Assembly (NCBI GenBank): GCA_050950285.1
Contig: JBMNHG010000003.1
Location: 248,001 to 312,000, forward strand
Reading direction: 5' to 3'
Source: Kiritimatiellia bacterium
GTDB taxonomy: Bacteria > Verrucomicrobiota > Kiritimatiellia > RFP12 > JBMNHG01
DNA length: 64,000 bases
Made by a program: the position numbers and the translations under genes. The notes under the pieces are model-generated. The model did not search any database. It was given only the letters and a program-made list of their open reading frames with translations, and had not been told where the DNA came from. How positions within the stretch are numbered: the first letter of the stretch is position 1; each line of letters begins with the position of its first letter. Positions 60,634 to 64,000 of this stretch are shown in pieces.

Positions 60634-62384
60634 ACCGACATACCGCAACCGCGGCCCTCGCGGCCCTCGCGGCCCTCGTCTGCCTGAACCTGGCGGCCTT
60701 CGCCGGCGACGCGCGGCCGCCGCGCGAAAAGAAGATCTACGCGCACTACATGGGATGCTATCCCGCCGGGGCCGCATCCACGGCGTACCACCGCATGAAC
60801 GACGCCCACACCGTGCGGCACGACGGCAGCGGCATGCACGACGCCTATGGCGACCGCTGGCGCAACTGGCCGCTCGTCCCCGACGGCATGAATGTTTCGC
60901 TGGAGGAGTCGGCCGACCTGGAGATCCGGCGCGCCCTGCGGGGCGGCATCGACGGCTTCGCCATCGACGCCTGGGCCGGCGGCGACGGCGCCAAGGCGGT
61001 CCTGGACGCCCTCTTCAAGGTCGCCGAAGAGAAGGACTACCCCTTCGAGATCACGATCTGCCTCGATGCGGGCATCCAGGCCAACTGGGGCCTGGCCGAC
61101 TCGATCCGCTACGTGGTCGAGAAGCACGGCGACAGCCCCAAGCTCGCCCGGCGCGACGGCAGGCCGCTGATCTTCGGCTATCTGTCCTCCTTCGTCGGCT
61201 TCCGCCACGGGGCCGAAGTGCTCAAACAGAAGCCGGAGTTCGAAAACACCGCCGAAAACGAGCTGCACAACGAGCGCGGGCTGCGCACGACCGAAGAGGG
61301 CTGGCAGCTCATGGCCGACGGGTTGCTGGACATGCGGAAACAGGTCGGAACGGACCTCTTCCTGCACTGGTGCATGAGCGCCTTCTTCCACAACGTTCCG
61401 GGCGCCACGCAGGACGACCTGGTGCGGGCCGCGGGCTTCATGGGCGCGCGCTTCGGCGCGGTGGGCGAGTTCCTCGGCGGCGGCGCGACGCACGACCGCA
61501 TGGCCGCCGCGGTGAAGGCCGCGGGCGCCGAGTGGTCCGAGCCGCTCTACTTCCAGTATGAGAACATCGGCTGGGGCGGCAACCGCATCTCCAATGGCAT
61601 GGAGATCCTGCGCGACCGCTGGCAGCACGCCCGCGACAACGACTCGACCCTGATCCAGTTCATCACCTGGAACGACTACACCGAGAACACCTGCCTCGCA
61701 CCGGCCTATGAGACGCGTTACGCCGTTCTCGACCTGAACGCCCATTATGTGGAGTGGTGGAAGACCGGGACCGAGCCGACGCCCGACCACGACAAGGTCT
61801 ACCTGAGCTACCGCAAGTACCCGAAGGGCGCAACGCTCTTCCCCTTCCAGGCCAAGCAGGGCGATGCCGGCGGCGTCATCGAGGTGGTCACCCTCCTCAC
61901 CAAGCCCGCCACGATGCGCCTGGTCGGCCGCGACGCCGAGTGGCAGGCCCCGGCGGGCCTGGGCTGGAAGCAGTTCCCGCTGACCCCGGGCCCGGTGGTC
62001 GCGGAGGTCGTGCGCCGCAACTGGCTGGGCCTGCCCCGGGTCGTGTGCCGCCTCGAAAGCCCCGAGCCGGTGACCGACCGCCCCTTCCGCGAACAGAACG
62101 GCATGACCTGCTTCTCGACCGAGTTCATGCGGCACTGGCAAGCCGACTTCGGCGACGCCGAGCCGCCGCTGCTCCGCGGCGAATACGCCGACGATGACGC
62201 CGACGGCTTGCCCAACTGGTTCGAGATGTACTGGTTCGGGAAGTTCCTCGACTGGTCCACCGCCACCGTCGCCGACCCCGATGCCGACCCGAACCAGGAC
62301 GGCAAGACGAACCTCGAGCACTACCTCGACCAGACCGACCCCACGCAACCGGCCGAAGCCGCGGCGCGCCAAGGCGAGGATTGA
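60630..62384 (+). CDS. Secreted GH71-like hydrolase with C-terminal TSP3-like repeats
   Basis: Signal peptide; IYAHYM, EIRRALRGGIDGFAID, QFITWNDYTE, DKVYLSYR; DDDADGLPNWFE, DPNQDGKTNLEHY; ATGA overlap with the upstream gene. Confidence 0.75.
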   Translation: MNRHTATAALAALAALVCLNLAAFAGDARPPREKKIYAHYMGCYPAGAASTAYHRMNDAHTVRHDGSGMHDAYGDRWRNWPLVPDGMNVSLEESADLEIRRALRGGIDGFAIDAWAGGDGAKAVLDALFKVAEEKDYPFEITICLDAGIQANWGLADSIRYVVEKHGDSPKLARRDGRPLIFGYLSSFVGFRHGAEVLKQKPEFENTAENELHNERGLRTTEEGWQLMADGLLDMRKQVGTDLFLHWCMSAFFHNVPGATQDDLVRAAGFMGARFGAVGEFLGGGATHDRMAAAVKAAGAEWSEPLYFQYENIGWGGNRISNGMEILRDRWQHARDNDSTLIQFITWNDYTENTCLAPAYETRYAVLDLNAHYVEWWKTGTEPTPDHDKVYLSYRKYPKGATLFPFQAKQGDAGGVIEVVTLLTKPATMRLVGRDAEWQAPAGLGWKQFPLTPGPVVAEVVRRNWLGLPRVVCRLESPEPVTDRPFREQNGMTCFSTEFMRHWQADFGDAEPPLLRGEYADDDADGLPNWFEMYWFGKFLDWSTATVADPDADPNQDGKTNLEHYLDQTDPTQPAEAAARQGED

Positions 62385-62409
62385 CCCGTCCGGCTCCTTG
62401 TGAGATACT
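62381..62409 (+). promoter_or_regulatory. Sigma70-like promoter for pgk
   Basis: TTGACC-17-GATACT with extended TG. Confidence 0.5.
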
Positions 62410-62459
62410 CCTTTTTTCTTTTCCAACCACTCCAACGGGGCCCCAAGGGCTGAGGAATC

Positions 62460-63752
62460 ATGAGCAAGAAGACGCTTCGCGACATCGATCTCAAGGGCAA
62501 GCGCGTATTGATGCGCGTGGACTTCAACGTGCCGATGGCCAAGGATGGCTCCGGCCGGATCACGGACGACACCCGCGTGCAGGCGGCGCTTCCCTCGATC
62601 CGGTACGTGCTCGGGCAGGGTGGCAGCCTCGTGCTCATGAGCCATCTCGGCCGCCCGAAGGGGAAGGGCTACGAAGCCGAGTTCAGCCTGAAGCCCGTGG
62701 CCGTGCACCTGGCCGAAGTCCTGGGGCAGGAGGTCAAGTTCGCTCCCGACTGCCTGGCGGCCGACGATGTCGTGTCCTCCCTCCAGCCCGGCGAAATCGT
62801 CCTTCTCGAGAACACCCGCTTCTACAAGGCCGAAGACGGCACGGTGAAGAAGGACGACGAGAAGAAGGGCATCCACCTCACCGAGGAGGAGTTCCAGGCG
62901 AAGACGGCCGAGCTCGAGGCCGGCCGCGAGGAGATGGCCCGCAAGCTCGCCTCCTACGGCGACGTCTACTGCAACGACGCCTTTGGCGCCGCCCACCGCG
63001 CCCACGCCTCCACCTCGGTCGTCGCCCGATACCTCGACACCGCCGTCTCCGGCTTCCTCATGGAAAAGGAGCTCCGGTACCTCGGCTCCGCCGTGGAGAA
63101 TCCCGTCCGCCCGTTCGTCGCCATCCTCGGCGGCGCGAAGGTCTCCGACAAACTCGCCGTGGTGAAGAACCTCCTCGCGAAGGTCGACACCCTCATCATC
63201 GGAGGCGGCATGGCCTACACCTTCAAGAAGGCGCTGGGCTTCCAGGTCGGCGCGTCGCTCTGCGAGGACGGCCAGGTCCCCTACGCCAGGGAGATGCTCG
63301 AAACCGCCAAGGCCAAGGGCGTGAAGCTGCTTCTCCCGGTGGACAACGTGATCGCGGACAAGTTCCCCGAGACGGAGGATGCCTCCGACATCCGGATGGA
63401 GCTCGCCGACGGCGACATTCCCGAAGGCTGGATGGGCCTCGACATCGGCCCGAAGTCGGTCGCCCTCTTCGCGGAAGCCATCCGGGGCGCGAAGACGGTG
63501 GTGTGGAACGGCCCCATGGGCTGCTTCGAGTTCGCTCCGCTCGCGAAGGGCACCTATGGCGTGTGCGACGCCGTCGCCACCGTGAAGGCCAACGGCGGCA
63601 CCTCGATCATCGGCGGCGGCGACAGCGTGAGCGCCGTCAAGCAGTCGGGCAAGGATTCCGAGATGAGCCACGTCTCCACCGGCGGCGGCGCGTCCCTTGA
63701 ATTCCTCGAAGGCAAGGTGCTCCCCGGCGTGGCCGCCCTCGACGACCTCTAG
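62460..63752 (+). CDS. pgk: Phosphoglycerate kinase
   Basis: [54 protein letters not shown]. Confidence 0.98.
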   Translation: MSKKTLRDIDLKGKRVLMRVDFNVPMAKDGSGRITDDTRVQAALPSIRYVLGQGGSLVLMSHLGRPKGKGYEAEFSLKPVAVHLAEVLGQEVKFAPDCLAADDVVSSLQPGEIVLLENTRFYKAEDGTVKKDDEKKGIHLTEEEFQAKTAELEAGREEMARKLASYGDVYCNDAFGAAHRAHASTSVVARYLDTAVSGFLMEKELRYLGSAVENPVRPFVAILGGAKVSDKLAVVKNLLAKVDTLIIGGGMAYTFKKALGFQVGASLCEDGQVPYAREMLETAKAKGVKLLLPVDNVIADKFPETEDASDIRMELADGDIPEGWMGLDIGPKSVALFAEAIRGAKTVVWNGPMGCFEFAPLAKGTYGVCDAVATVKANGGTSIIGGGDSVSAVKQSGKDSEMSHVSTGGGASLEFLEGKVLPGVAALDDL

Positions 63753-63827
63753 TCCGCCCCCTGAAAACGGCGTGCCGCGATTCGTTCCCGTCCATCCCGA
63801 AATCCGCCCCCCGCCCGCGAGCTGCCC

Positions 63828-64000
63828 ATGACCCAGATCCATCCGACCGCCATCGTCTCACCCGGCGCCCAAATCGGCGAAGGCGTCGAAATCGGCCCGT
63901 ACTGCACCATCGGCGAGAACGTCGTCATCGGCGACGGCACCCGGCTGATTTCCCATGTGGTGATCGACGGCCACACGACCCTCGGCAAGAACTGCAACAT
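63828..64000 (+). CDS. lpxA: Acyl-ACP--UDP-GlcNAc O-acyltransferase (5' part, runs off the edge)
   Basis: Manual translation [57 protein letters not shown]. Confidence 0.88.
   Translation, partial: MTQIHPTAIVSPGAQIGEGVEIGPYCTIGENVVIGDGTRLISHVVIDGHTTLGKNCN

Overview
High-GC bacterial DNA. The gene content suggests the PVC superphylum, possibly Kiritimatiellota/Lentisphaerota; this is inference only. (1) 1-17.7 kb, minus strand: a polymorphic Rhs toxin locus. It has one intact 2460-aa Rhs with a hydrophobic N-terminus and TSP3-like Ca-binding repeats, then a low-GC array of orphan Rhs C-terminal modules and envelope-targeted candidate immunity genes. Two of those genes are cleanly interrupted by an IS1380-family and an IS4-family element, both with inverted repeats and target duplications visible. 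Another Rhs fragment runs off the left edge. (2) 18.3-21.1 kb: iorBA and rfbC. (3) 21.2-45.7 kb: carbohydrate genes (a large secreted protein, GH36, Gfo/Idh/MocA, two paralogous ~1350-aa GH2-like proteins, GH27, GH13, serine hydrolase, LacI), with a repeat-bracketed insert holding a lipoprotein, a PIN/RHH toxin-antitoxin pair, a DUF4143 fragment and a group II intron 3' remnant. (4) 45.8-54.3 kb: two divergent secreted beta-helix-type proteins sharing a C-terminal KAxGTIxLLR tag, flanking three tRNAs and a DUF218 gene. (5) 54.3-62.4 kb: a candidate alpha-1,3-glucan operon with two GH71-like genes, one fused to an FGE-sulfatase domain. (6) pgk and the start of lpxA. Best candidates for undescribed biology: the membrane-anchored Rhs system with all-extracytoplasmic immunity, the C-terminal sorting-like tag, and a strong [S/T]N dipeptide bias in exported proteins. 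All family calls are by-eye motif recognition; no searches were run.
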